64,000 nt of DNA from a virus, in IMG/VR virus record IMGVR_UViG_3300019762_000001, positions 1 through 64,000 of that record, one strand, 5' to 3'. The notes under the pieces are model-generated. The model saw only the letters and a program-made list of their open reading frames with translations, had not been told where the DNA came from and did not search any database. The translations under genes were made by a program, and so were the position numbers. Shown one piece after another: positions 35,716 through 45,326 of the stretch; position 1 is the stretch's first letter, and each line of letters begins with the position of its first letter.

Positions 35716-36501
35716 TTAGTATTTAGATTTTACTCTGAATAGATTGATACGGTTCTTTTTATAGTATACCTGTATGAATCCTAGTGGAGTCATTTGCAAT
35801 GTACCTAAGCATAGTTTAAAATAGATCGTAGCAGCTTCTATTAATCTACTCTTAAACTTATTCTCATCGGTCATTACCTGATGCTGTTTCCAGGGTTTAT
35901 TCTTTAGAACATTCTTGGCCATCTGGAGTTTGTAATTGAATTGCCAGTGGGATTCTATGAGTAATGCTGTGTACTCGGAATCTACCTCTCCAAGTATATC
36001 CCCAGCGGATAGGTAATCAATATGATTCGGGTATTCTCCGGCCAGGTTAAAGAGTTTGCAGGTAGAAACTGGTTTAGCAAACCCCCCATAGTACATTGTA
36101 CTCATAGGGTCTAGGTTGGTTTCATCACCCGCCATAGCTATTTCTAACTCCCTTGGTGTAACCCCAACATAAATCAGGGTCTCAAGTAGGAATGCAGTAG
36201 TATCCGCAATTTCCTCATTGAAACCAGCAAGGTTAGCTAAACTTCTTGTACCTAAGCTCATTAGCTTTTCGTAGTATTCCCAACCTTCCCCAAGTTCCTC
36301 AGCAATTCTGCCGATGAAATCTTTTAGGATAACCTGACTCTTAGGTTCGTGTGGATTGATTGGCCACTGTGGTAGTGATTCTACCCTTACATACTCAACC
36401 ATCAATTCTTTCTGAAGGTCGAATAACACTGATATACCATCCCCGTTGTGTATTTTACTTACCAATTCTTTGGGAAGATTAGGTGCTGATTGAATGTCCA
36501 T
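35716..36501 (-). CDS. all-alpha dNTP pyrophosphatase (dimeric dUTPase/dCTPase-like)
   Basis: LFDLQKEL, EELGE, EEIAD, KNKPWK, YYKKNRINLFR. Confidence 0.8.
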   Translation of the reverse strand: MDIQSAPNLPKELVSKIHNGDGISVLFDLQKELMVEYVRVESLPQWPINPHEPKSQVILKDFIGRIAEELGEGWEYYEKLMSLGTRSLANLAGFNEEIADTTAFLLETLIYVGVTPRELEIAMAGDETNLDPMSTMYYGGFAKPVSTCKLFNLAGEYPNHIDYLSAGDILGEVDSEYTALLIESHWQFNYKLQMAKNVLKNKPWKQHQVMTDENKFKSRLIEAATIYFKLCLGTLQMTPLGFIQVYYKKNRINLFRVKSKY

Positions 36502-36503
36502 GA

Positions 36504-36956
36504 TTAGCTTACTATTTTAAAATTGGTTAACTTATAATACTCGGCTTTAGCTACCTCCTTGGTAACTCCATACCTTTTAACAGCCCTCTTTATGGTTAGG
36601 TCTGAGTTTAGTTTTTTAGCAATCTTCTTTTTCATCCATATCCTCATCTCATGATTAGCTGATTTGGGTTTTTCATAAGGTTGCTCAAGATCTTTAAATG
36701 CTTGTTTCTTTTCAACAGCTGATCTTTCATTGTGTAGTTTCTGGCCCATAACAGCCTGGCATAACTCATTATCCCCGCATCTCCTACAAATAGAATCTGT
36801 GAGGTCATGTAGTTTACCAAAGCATGGGTCCTCAGATGATCCTAATTTAAAGATATCTGATGAGATGGGTTTCAACAAGTCTACCCCAGTTTCTGAGATA
36901 GTATTTCTTGCTTCCCTTTCACCCTCTGGTTTATTTACTTTTTTCTTCTTAGCCAT
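36504..36956 (-). CDS. hypothetical Cys-cluster (Zn-binding) protein
   Basis: PCFG...CRRCGDNELC. Confidence 0.75.
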   Translation of the reverse strand: MAKKKKVNKPEGEREARNTISETGVDLLKPISSDIFKLGSSEDPCFGKLHDLTDSICRRCGDNELCQAVMGQKLHNERSAVEKKQAFKDLEQPYEKPKSANHEMRIWMKKKIAKKLNSDLTIKRAVKRYGVTKEVAKAEYYKLTNFKIVS

Positions 36957-38416
36957 TTTCTATATGCTTTTGTTTTTAATAGTACTTTCCTGTATAGTTG
37001 AATAACTTTAAACTTCTCTTGGATATAATAGTTAACCCTATGATTAGAATGTCTTTTAAGGTATGTTCCCTCATCCATGAAGTCTTCCATGTAGGTCTTC
37101 TTCTTTGACTCATGTTTTCTTTCACCTCGACCCATTATCTGTATTAGGTTCTCCTGTGAGTCACCAGCCCCGGCATTTAGGAGGCATTTCAGTAAGGGTA
37201 GGTTTTTACCGCGTTTAATGATCATGGATGAGATTAGTATGTCTATATCTCCATCCTTAAACATCTTTATAATGTCCTTTCTACCTTTAGTCTTATGGTG
37301 CACTGCAGCTATAGTATATTTACTCCCTAGCTGTTCTTCGAATAGTTCATGTAGTATTTCAATGTGCTCATGGAATTGAGCTACTACAAGTAATGGAAAT
37401 CTATTTCTCTGTAAGTTATATAAAGTTCTTATCAGTATCTTTAGATTTCTATCCCGGTTAGTAGTAATACCCTCATGGTATTGAGCCTGCCAATCATTAC
37501 CAGATAGCTTTTTGGTGTTACCAGGTGTTATCTTTATAACTAGTGGAGTGGAGTGCCCTAGTTTTACCAATTCTTCCTTTGTAATTACAAATCGTTCTGG
37601 CCCAAAGTAAGATTCTAAGTTAAGGTTTTTTGGTTTATCTTTAACCAACTTACTGGTAAAGATAGATCCTGATAATCCAACCCTGATTGTAGCATTTATA
37701 CAGGCTTCCAATACTCGTTTATAAGATTTGTTATCAGCAAGGTCAGCCTCATCTACCAGCACCATCTCATATTGAGCCAACATCCGTTTCATCTTTGCTA
37801 GGTTCTGTGAGATAGTTTGTACCATCCCAACTGTGAACCTGTTCCAGTCTTTCTCTTTACCCCTTACAAATCCAGCGTCATCCCCCACTAGCTCTGGTAT
37901 CTCAGTATGAAATTGGGTATAAAGATCTGAGTCATTGATTAATACTAGAGCTTTCTTTTTACGGCCAAAGGATTGATATATACCAGCTGTAATCATAGTT
38001 TTACCAGCATTTGTGGCAGCCTTTATAACCCCCCTATGCCATGGTATACTTGTACCTGGGATAGTGTTATGAACTATAGAGGAGATAGCCTCATGCTGAT
38101 ATGGTCTGGGAGTAAGTCCCCCGATTACGTCTGGGATAATAGGGTTCTTTTCTACATCATCTCGTTCATCAACATAGGTTATATCTACTTCGTACTTTTC
38201 TAAGAACTCAAGAACTCTATCCAGTAGCCCAGTCCTAAATGCCCCCCTATCATTTATATAGTGGAACATACCATCCCACCCTTTAGGCATATACCTCCGG
38301 ATATGGAAGGCGGATGGGTGTTTTACTGAGAAATACTTATAAGCTGCTAAGATAATCTTACGATCTCCGGTTAAGAAGCATTGCTTATTAGTGATACCGA
38401 TTTTTATTTTACTCAT
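36935..38416 (-). CDS. SF2 DNA helicase (UvsW-like)
   Basis: PRPYQ, AATNAGKT, DEAD, GLSGS, QIMGRGER. Confidence 0.93.
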   Translation of the reverse strand: MSKIKIGITNKQCFLTGDRKIILAAYKYFSVKHPSAFHIRRYMPKGWDGMFHYINDRGAFRTGLLDRVLEFLEKYEVDITYVDERDDVEKNPIIPDVIGGLTPRPYQHEAISSIVHNTIPGTSIPWHRGVIKAATNAGKTMITAGIYQSFGRKKKALVLINDSDLYTQFHTEIPELVGDDAGFVRGKEKDWNRFTVGMVQTISQNLAKMKRMLAQYEMVLVDEADLADNKSYKRVLEACINATIRVGLSGSIFTSKLVKDKPKNLNLESYFGPERFVITKEELVKLGHSTPLVIKITPGNTKKLSGNDWQAQYHEGITTNRDRNLKILIRTLYNLQRNRFPLLVVAQFHEHIEILHELFEEQLGSKYTIAAVHHKTKGRKDIIKMFKDGDIDILISSMIIKRGKNLPLLKCLLNAGAGDSQENLIQIMGRGERKHESKKKTYMEDFMDEGTYLKRHSNHRVNYYIQEKFKVIQLYRKVLLKTKAYRKWLRRKK

Positions 38417-39263
38417 TACTCATGGATTTTAAAGTATCCCAGAAATTACTGTTATCTTTCTTCTTTCTCTCAGGATTTACTTTTAAGTTGTTTTCATATA
38501 GATATTTAGATAATCTCTTCTTTGCTGCATCACCCACTAATTGTACAGGATCTGGTATACCATCTCTATAACTGAACCCAGCAAACTGAGCTTCTAGGTA
38601 ATCCTTATAGGTTACTCCTATCTCTTCAGCTATCATACGGGTTTTATAGAAGTATAGGTATTTCTCCCTATTGTCTAAGTAGGATTCTCCCATGCCAGTT
38701 TTCTGGTAAATCTTCTGAACGTAGTAATCGTGGATTGATTTGGTTGCATTTGGTTTATCATCATCCTTCAGTATTAGGTCAGCTTCATAGGAACTAGCTA
38801 TACCCTCGTACATATTAGGGATTTTGTTTAATGAGAATTTTTGCATTTTACTAAGGGCCTTAGTAATGTAGATAGTGAAGCCCTCTTTTTTTGAAAGCTG
38901 AAATGAATTGGAGAAGTCTAAGGCCTGTGCAGTTATTTCTTTTATTATACCCCATTCCCGGGCATTTTGGTTTATCAACCTAACCCCCCGGTGTTTAGCT
39001 TTTACTCTTGAGGCATGTATAATCTTGGACATTAGGTATGCGTCACTCTTATCGGATTTTAGTATGGTGTTAGCTTTTCTCTCCATCCTCTCATTGGTTA
39101 TTACCATTGATCGATTTACTAGGGAATATCTCTTGGACTCTGTAGATATGTCCATTGCTAGTTGTTTACTATTAAAGTTAAGTAGTTTATCCCCCTCTAA
39201 TAACTTCTCTAATACTAGAACTAAGTCCGATTCCTTGATATGTATGCTAGGATCTCTTCTCAT
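38409..39263 (-). CDS. hypothetical replication-module protein
   Basis: ORF coupled between primase and helicase. Confidence 0.75.
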   Translation of the reverse strand: MRRDPSIHIKESDLVLVLEKLLEGDKLLNFNSKQLAMDISTESKRYSLVNRSMVITNERMERKANTILKSDKSDAYLMSKIIHASRVKAKHRGVRLINQNAREWGIIKEITAQALDFSNSFQLSKKEGFTIYITKALSKMQKFSLNKIPNMYEGIASSYEADLILKDDDKPNATKSIHDYYVQKIYQKTGMGESYLDNREKYLYFYKTRMIAEEIGVTYKDYLEAQFAGFSYRDGIPDPVQLVGDAAKKRLSKYLYENNLKVNPERKKKDNSNFWDTLKSMSNE

Positions 39264-40209
39264 GTTGTAGCTGTATTTTAAGTTTTAATAAATCCATATG
39301 GCTCATCCATTCAGCCTGTTGCTCTAGGGCTTTAGTAGATGGTTTCCCTATATCATTAACATCCTTTTCTTCAGGTAATAGGAGTACCTTTAGTTTCTTA
39401 TGGAATGATAATTCCATGGCTAACTCGATAGCCTCTTTAAGAGCATCTGGGTCCAGTATGATAACTATCTTCTCAGCTTTTGAGGATAATATCTTATCCT
39501 TTTGCCATGGTGATAGTTTCTTACCACCGGCCCCTATTGCATGATCACCTAGGGTTTCCGCATTTATTGCCGACTCTACTAGGTAAATCTTTTTGTATAG
39601 GTTTAAAGCACTTATATTATATATAGCCATAGATTTACCAAGGCCAATATCTTCCTTTGTGGGGTTGTTAAACTTTGGGCCATTGCCTATTACCCTACGG
39701 GCATTAAAATATACTACCTTACCATTGACAAAGTATGGGATAATTAAATGCCCTTTATATTTACCCTTAGTACAGTATCCCCAGCCCTTTAGAGCAACTT
39801 TGTTTGGGTTAAACCCCCGCTTTTGAACATACCTCCTCATCACTTTAGCCATTTCACTTGAGCCTAAAGAAAGTATCCGATATGATTCTGGTAATATAGA
39901 ATCTACCTTTGGAGCAACTAGCTCATACTTTGGTTCTTTGTACTCGAGTTGTTCTTGCTTATTAAGTATTTTAAAAGCCTCGTTATACTCAACCCTTTCA
40001 AATTTTGCAATCAGTTCTATGAGTCGTGGCTTATGGCCACATACAAAGCAATTACTCTTATTACTTCCGATGTGAACTCCGAACTTATCATGCTTACCGC
40101 ACTTTGGGCAATCTCCCTTAAGCCAACCATTCCGATACTTGTGCATACCCATACGGGTTAGGAAGTATCGGAATAATTTATTTTTTGTTTCTCTAGTGAA
40201 CCTAGCCAA
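39247..40209 (-). CDS. DNA primase
   Basis: CPKC/CFVC Zn ribbon; TOPRIM LVES and LDPD; KDVND. Confidence 0.92.
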   Translation of the reverse strand: MARFTRETKNKLFRYFLTRMGMHKYRNGWLKGDCPKCGKHDKFGVHIGSNKSNCFVCGHKPRLIELIAKFERVEYNEAFKILNKQEQLEYKEPKYELVAPKVDSILPESYRILSLGSSEMAKVMRRYVQKRGFNPNKVALKGWGYCTKGKYKGHLIIPYFVNGKVVYFNARRVIGNGPKFNNPTKEDIGLGKSMAIYNISALNLYKKIYLVESAINAETLGDHAIGAGGKKLSPWQKDKILSSKAEKIVIILDPDALKEAIELAMELSFHKKLKVLLLPEEKDVNDIGKPSTKALEQQAEWMSHMDLLKLKIQLQHEKRS

Positions 40210-41638
40210 GATCCCCTCCTTTCTTTATCTTATCGTTACCCTCATCCGAGGTATTATAACCAGATAGTTTATCACCTGAGAATCCAGCCCAGTTCTCATT
40301 CCAAAGTTTCCTTTGATCAGAGGTAAACTCTGTCATAACCTGTGTAGCTTCTTTTACCATGAATAGAGCTCTTCCCTCCTGGAGTCCATCTCGTTGCTCT
40401 ATTAGTTCCATCCTCATTACACCCTGCTCAACTTCTTCTTCAGATCTGTTTAGTCCGAACATAGCATGTACATGTCTACCGATCTCTGTACACTTTGCTA
40501 AGTCATTTGATTCATACCTTGTTGCCCGTTTTTTGTAAGCATCTGCTTTAACATGATGAGGTGTCCAGGTATGTATGATATCTCGTTCATTGGCTAAGTT
40601 AGCTATATCCAGGTAAGCATCTGAGATACGATTATGGTCATCTATCTTTCCAGATATAGCAGCCATAAGCCCAAGGTAGTCAATGATTAGTATTTCTGGT
40701 TCAAAGTTGTTTTCCCTTTTCTGCTCATCGAGTACTGCCCTAAAGTCATTAGCTGTACTAAATGCTGGCATCCTTTTGATAAATACTTCTCCACCTAGCC
40801 TTTTATATTTACGTAACCTTTTCTGTACTTCTTTATCGTATTGGCCACTCATTAATTCACGTTTGTTTTTATTCATGATGGATTGTTCCAAACGTAAGGT
40901 AAATCCATCCTGGCCATTCTCAAGGTCAAATACTGCTATCTTATACTTCCTCTTGAGATAACCCCGGATAATATTAACCATTGCCCCCGTCTTAAACTTC
41001 TTTGGCCTATCGACTATTACTATGATAGAACCCCTTTCATAGCCACCGGCATTGGTTAGGTCGTTTATTTGCTTGAACGGAGTTGGTATAATAACTCCCT
41101 CTGTTTGCCTTTCAGCCTGACGATTCTTGATATCCTTGATTAGATAAGTTCCCTCATCTTTTTTCTGTTTAAGCTTTGGAGCAACAGCTTTTTGTACTTT
41201 CTGAGATAGCTGGCTATACTCGTGGTAATTGGTTAGATCCGCATTTTCTACTAAGTCTTTTAGCTCAACAAATTGAGCAAACTTTTCAGCTTTCTTTAGA
41301 ATCTCTAGACCATCTTCTGCGTGCTTAGAGTATAAATCTTTAACTATACCATTTATCTCACTAGTATCTTCCTTAGTTAAATGCTCAGCATATTCCTGCA
41401 TTAAGTAAACTTCTCTTAATTCCTCTAAGAGAATGGATTTACTTGGGATCTTTCTGTTTTTCTTAAAATACTTCTTTAGTGCATAGGCAATTATATTGTG
41501 TTGTAATAAAGTAAAATAATGATACTCATAAAGAGCTACCACTTTAGGGCCTAATACCCTGTCAGTTAAAGTAAACCTTAATAAGTCTTCTTGGAATTCC
41601 GAGGTAAACTCGAATTTAATTCCCTTATTTTTAGCCAT
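40202..41638 (-). CDS. DnaB-like replicative helicase
   Basis: FDLE, IIDYLGLM motifs; next to primase; atypical Walker A DRPKKFKT. Confidence 0.9.
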   Translation of the reverse strand: MAKNKGIKFEFTSEFQEDLLRFTLTDRVLGPKVVALYEYHYFTLLQHNIIAYALKKYFKKNRKIPSKSILLEELREVYLMQEYAEHLTKEDTSEINGIVKDLYSKHAEDGLEILKKAEKFAQFVELKDLVENADLTNYHEYSQLSQKVQKAVAPKLKQKKDEGTYLIKDIKNRQAERQTEGVIIPTPFKQINDLTNAGGYERGSIIVIVDRPKKFKTGAMVNIIRGYLKRKYKIAVFDLENGQDGFTLRLEQSIMNKNKRELMSGQYDKEVQKRLRKYKRLGGEVFIKRMPAFSTANDFRAVLDEQKRENNFEPEILIIDYLGLMAAISGKIDDHNRISDAYLDIANLANERDIIHTWTPHHVKADAYKKRATRYESNDLAKCTEIGRHVHAMFGLNRSEEEVEQGVMRMELIEQRDGLQEGRALFMVKEATQVMTEFTSDQRKLWNENWAGFSGDKLSGYNTSDEGNDKIKKGGDLG

Positions 41639-41697
41639 GTTTTAATAGTTTAGTATTGCAGTATCATAATAGTATTCCTGGATTTAGTATATATTCC

Positions 41698-41712
41698 TAC
41701 TGGAGTCCAGTA
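41698..41712. promoter_or_regulatory. palindrome in the divergent intergenic region (possible operator)
   Basis: TACTGGA-G-TCCAGTA. Confidence 0.4.
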
Positions 41713-41773
41713 AGTTAGCTATAGGTAGATTCAATTTATACCCTGTAATTCTTTTTTACTTGAGAATTTTAGA

Positions 41774-41781
41774 TATATTTG
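41774..41781 (+). promoter_or_regulatory. sigmaA -7 box for the + strand gene
   Basis: TATATTTG about 55 nt upstream of ATG 41837. Confidence 0.55.
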
Positions 41782-41836
41782 TAAAGTTATTAATAAACAA
41801 ACATATGCTTATATAGTATATAAAACTAAAGTTATT

Positions 41837-42478
41837 ATGGAATTACATCGATTAAAGCCCCTTAAGGATGGCTTCCCAGAAGAGCTCTTCAATAAGATCT
41901 ATCTGGAAGTTCAACCCCTTAAGCACAAACTAATCTCTGGCATAGACTGCAGGAGATTGGGAGTTTCAAAGGATATAGTTGAATCCTGGTTTGATGATAA
42001 AATACTTTATGTGTTTAATAAGTATTTTGATGAGAAGCCGGACACAATAAAAGGCTATGTGCTTAGCTCCCTATCAACATTTAAGTATAGGGTTTTGAGA
42101 AAAGCCTACCAGGCGGATATTCATGAGAATTTGGTAGAGCTAGAGGGTGAGAAAGAACTCATTAATATTATACCAGATGAAAGTGAGATGAATGAAGCGG
42201 AGTTATTCTTAGAGTTAGCCCATTCCTTTATGCAGAAGGCATTAACCGAGGATGCTTTATTGGTTTATGAACTCCAATTAAATCCCCCACCGTTTATTTT
42301 AAAACGGCTAAAAAACCCAAACTCAAGGATACCAACTTGTTTATTGTCGGATTTCTTGGGTTTGGGCGATAGTAGAGATTCTTTAGATTACGTTAATAGC
42401 TTGAGGGAGGAAATTACCATGGCTATAAAACAAGCTAGGGAGTACTTTAAAGAATCTGGTGTTTGCTTAGTTGAGTAA
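41837..42478 (+). CDS. putative phage RNA polymerase sigma factor
   Basis: only credible + strand gene; size and helical pattern like sigma70 r2 (FNKIY..P L..DIVES..GYV....YRVLRK) and r4 (LTEDALLVYEL). Confidence 0.6.
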   Translation: MELHRLKPLKDGFPEELFNKIYLEVQPLKHKLISGIDCRRLGVSKDIVESWFDDKILYVFNKYFDEKPDTIKGYVLSSLSTFKYRVLRKAYQADIHENLVELEGEKELINIIPDESEMNEAELFLELAHSFMQKALTEDALLVYELQLNPPPFILKRLKNPNSRIPTCLLSDFLGLGDSRDSLDYVNSLREEITMAIKQAREYFKESGVCLVE

Positions 42479-42481
42479 CCC

Positions 42482-44227
42482 CTAATATCTTTGGACTACT
42501 CTTACTACGGTTATGGTAGATGGGTCTTCTTTAGCTGATATTTGGATTAAAGCCGTCCTATCTACTCTAAGTGGATTAGATGTTATAGAGAATGTTATTC
42601 GGGGTTGGCCCGGTAAACCCCAAGCCCAGCTTACCCAGCCTGGTGCATTGAATGTACCATCTGGGTTTGGTGGGTAGGTAATAACTGGGGAATTAACTCC
42701 TCGGTCTGACCCAATAACATCGATATCGATGATGTTACCGTAGTGAGCCCCTCTATCAAATACAAAATCCCCTGGGGTAGCTGTAATAAATAGGGATGAT
42801 GATTCTTGTTTTACTGCTATATCCAGGGTAATAGATGGATCATCAGTAGACCTAATCGTTATTACTCCCCCTATGCCAGCTTTACCCGAGTTTGGAGTAG
42901 TTGGTATTACCTCAAGTGTATCACCTGTATTATAGTCTGTATCTAAGCTTTTATCTAGAGTTATAAATACTGGCTTAGCTATCACTCGCCATTTTTGGGT
43001 ATCACCACCGGTTACGCTTAAGGTGATTGTTTTAGGGAGCCCTGGTACAGCCTCAAATTCTAGCAGGTTTGAAGAAGTAGCTAAAGTAACAGGGTCTGGT
43101 AATGGGTTTGGAGTCCCAATTGGTGAAAAATTGTCAATAACCCATTGTTGTATATTTGCTATGAGGTCCGAGTGTTGCTTATTAATTTGAGCCCTGGTAT
43201 ATACATCATCAGAGTTAGCCTTCCTATCAACTGAGCTCCTTAAAAAATCCAGTTGCTTATGTATATAAGTATGTGCCGGTACCCATTTCTCAAGGTTATA
43301 AGCCAAGGAGATAGCCCCAGCAGGTCCTGTTAATTCTAACTTACCATAGTTAACCCCTGTACCCCCCAGTTTATCTAAGTTACCACCTATGGATAGATAT
43401 ACAAGTTTAGATGTATTGTTTACTAAGAATATAACAGTGTTAGCTCTAAGGTTAAAGCTATCAGCTACTATATTTTCTATAACACTATTTGTGGCTATAC
43501 TGGGGGGCAATTTAAAGATATTACCATCATCTCCTATAGTAAGGGTTTTAGTAGCTGAATCATAGGTACAAGTGCCCTCAGATTCTGTATTAGTTACTCC
43601 CTGATATAGGTTATAGGTTTTACCGTTAAGGGGTTGAGTTATAGCAGAACTTTGTATATCCTTCTCAAGTTTTGAAAGCCTGCCAGCATCTGAGAATTCC
43701 GGAGTTACTTCTGGGTGATAGAAAATTTGGTCGATAGTGTTTGCTCCTGCTGGTACATCTATTACACCAAGTACTACTTGAGAAAGTGGACTAGTGTACG
43801 CAGGGGCTACTGGTGTATCTGCTGGAGTACCCTTTATTACTAAGTAAGTTGGGGGGTTTACTCCAGGTATGTTGTCTTTATATAGGTGTTCTAATACCAC
43901 TATATCCCTACGACCTTTAGTATCTGTGTTATAGTCTATCACAAGAGAGGCTATACTAACCTCTCCCTCTTCGTGGATGATAGTACCTTGGGGAGTTATT
44001 GATATCCCGGTTCTATCACTTAATAGCCCATCTTTGGTTTTTATTATGACACCAGTGCTATCATGTGAGAGTTTAAAAGATATCTTACCCCCCACTGGAG
44101 TACCAGGTTTTATAGTGTCAAAACCACGATATCTACCTGGGGGCATTATACCAGACCTCTCTAATAGCCTATCCCAGGATAATACCGGATCTTTATACTT
44201 ACTGAATTGCCTTGAATTGGTTGACAT
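42482..44227 (-). CDS. tail/baseplate appendage protein with two C-terminal BACON-like domains
   Basis: RRDIVVL baseplate-attachment-type N-domain; W..(P)..W/F....N....R...I.I......V.Q Ig-like repeats. Confidence 0.7.
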   Translation of the reverse strand: MSTNSRQFSKYKDPVLSWDRLLERSGIMPPGRYRGFDTIKPGTPVGGKISFKLSHDSTGVIIKTKDGLLSDRTGISITPQGTIIHEEGEVSIASLVIDYNTDTKGRRDIVVLEHLYKDNIPGVNPPTYLVIKGTPADTPVAPAYTSPLSQVVLGVIDVPAGANTIDQIFYHPEVTPEFSDAGRLSKLEKDIQSSAITQPLNGKTYNLYQGVTNTESEGTCTYDSATKTLTIGDDGNIFKLPPSIATNSVIENIVADSFNLRANTVIFLVNNTSKLVYLSIGGNLDKLGGTGVNYGKLELTGPAGAISLAYNLEKWVPAHTYIHKQLDFLRSSVDRKANSDDVYTRAQINKQHSDLIANIQQWVIDNFSPIGTPNPLPDPVTLATSSNLLEFEAVPGLPKTITLSVTGGDTQKWRVIAKPVFITLDKSLDTDYNTGDTLEVIPTTPNSGKAGIGGVITIRSTDDPSITLDIAVKQESSSLFITATPGDFVFDRGAHYGNIIDIDVIGSDRGVNSPVITYPPNPDGTFNAPGWVSWAWGLPGQPRITFSITSNPLRVDRTALIQISAKEDPSTITVVRVVQRY

Positions 44228-44490
44228 TATTTAGAAGTTTTAAATAGTTTCTTTATAAGTTTCTTTAATAGTTTGTAGAGTTCTCCTACCAAAATACCCA
44301 CTAATGAACCAACAGCTGCTAGTATTATAGTATCGGTTAGCCCAGGTACTGTGATTTCTAGTAGGATTACTTTGTGACTGACCCCATACAGTACACCGCC
44401 TACCCCGCCGGAGCTGGATAGGAAATGTTTCTGTATTGCAGGGTATAGTTTTTCTGATAGTGGTTCTAAGAATCGGATTATTGAGTCCAT
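44227..44490 (-). CDS. holin-like membrane protein
   Basis: 87 aa, hydrophobic helices, basic C-terminus. Confidence 0.55.
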   Translation of the reverse strand: MDSIIRFLEPLSEKLYPAIQKHFLSSSGGVGGVLYGVSHKVILLEITVPGLTDTIILAAVGSLVGILVGELYKLLKKLIKKLFKTSK

Positions 44491-44562
44491 GTAGAGAGCG
44501 TTAAGAAGTTATGTATACTAATACATAATTGAGATTGTATTACTAGGCTTTATTGTGTAGCT

Positions 44563-45324
44563 TTAATCATTAAATACAAATTCTATTTTAGGTACATAGT
44601 AGGAACCCCTTTGTATCACCTCCACATCAAGTGAGTGATACCCGGTAGTAATCCTTGTATATCCCGATCCCTCTATCATACCCACTGGGGCTAAAAACAT
44701 ACTTGTCTTTGTCCTAAGGGTAGAAGCTTGCACGGTAGTAGTGGTTTTTCCGGGTGTGTTAGCTGGCATTGAAACTATGAAAGGTTGTATTGGGGTAACT
44801 TCCATTACTGCCTCTCCATACATCCCAGAAGGTGATGCTGTGGCGTAAAAAAGAGAATACCAGGCAGTACCAGTTTGATCTGTACTTGTAGCTCTTGAGA
44901 AATGTATGGTGATATCTACTGTAGTAGCTGAGGGTGGAATTGTTGGGATATTAAAGGATATTAATCTGTCAAGCTCTGTACTACCGGCATAGCCAAATCC
45001 AACATTTGGCATCTCAGCGGTTAATGGAGCCCTAGTAGTTGTCTTACCACCAAGTTGCTCTCGTCTAAAGTAATAGTTAGTAGGTGGTGGGTATATAGCT
45101 GAAACATAGTTCCTAAATTCAGATAGCCAATGTCCATCCTTAGCATAGGTGGGGTCAAATCCTGTATCACCAGCCTCAGTAAAACAATCTTCTAATGAGA
45201 ATGGAGCAGTAAGGCCTAGCTCTGTTCCCACCACGCTTAGAGTAACTATTGGATTATCTGGTACCTGAGCAAACAGCCCAATACTTAGTATCAGGCTGAT
45301 TAATAGAGTTTGTAGCTTTTTCAT
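44563..45324 (-). CDS. fibre-tip/adhesin-like protein with signal peptide
   Basis: MKKLQTLLISLILSIGLFA|Q; 'TLSVVGTELG..SL..CF..A...GFDP.Y....LSEFRNY' N-domain. Confidence 0.65.
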   Translation of the reverse strand: MKKLQTLLISLILSIGLFAQVPDNPIVTLSVVGTELGLTAPFSLEDCFTEAGDTGFDPTYAKDGHWLSEFRNYVSAIYPPPTNYYFRREQLGGKTTTRAPLTAEMPNVGFGYAGSTELDRLISFNIPTIPPSATTVDITIHFSRATSTDQTGTAWYSLFYATASPSGMYGEAVMEVTPIQPFIVSMPANTPGKTTTTVQASTLRTKTSMFLAPVGMIEGSGYTRITTGYHSLDVEVIQRGSYYVPKIEFVFND

Positions 45325-45326
45325 AG

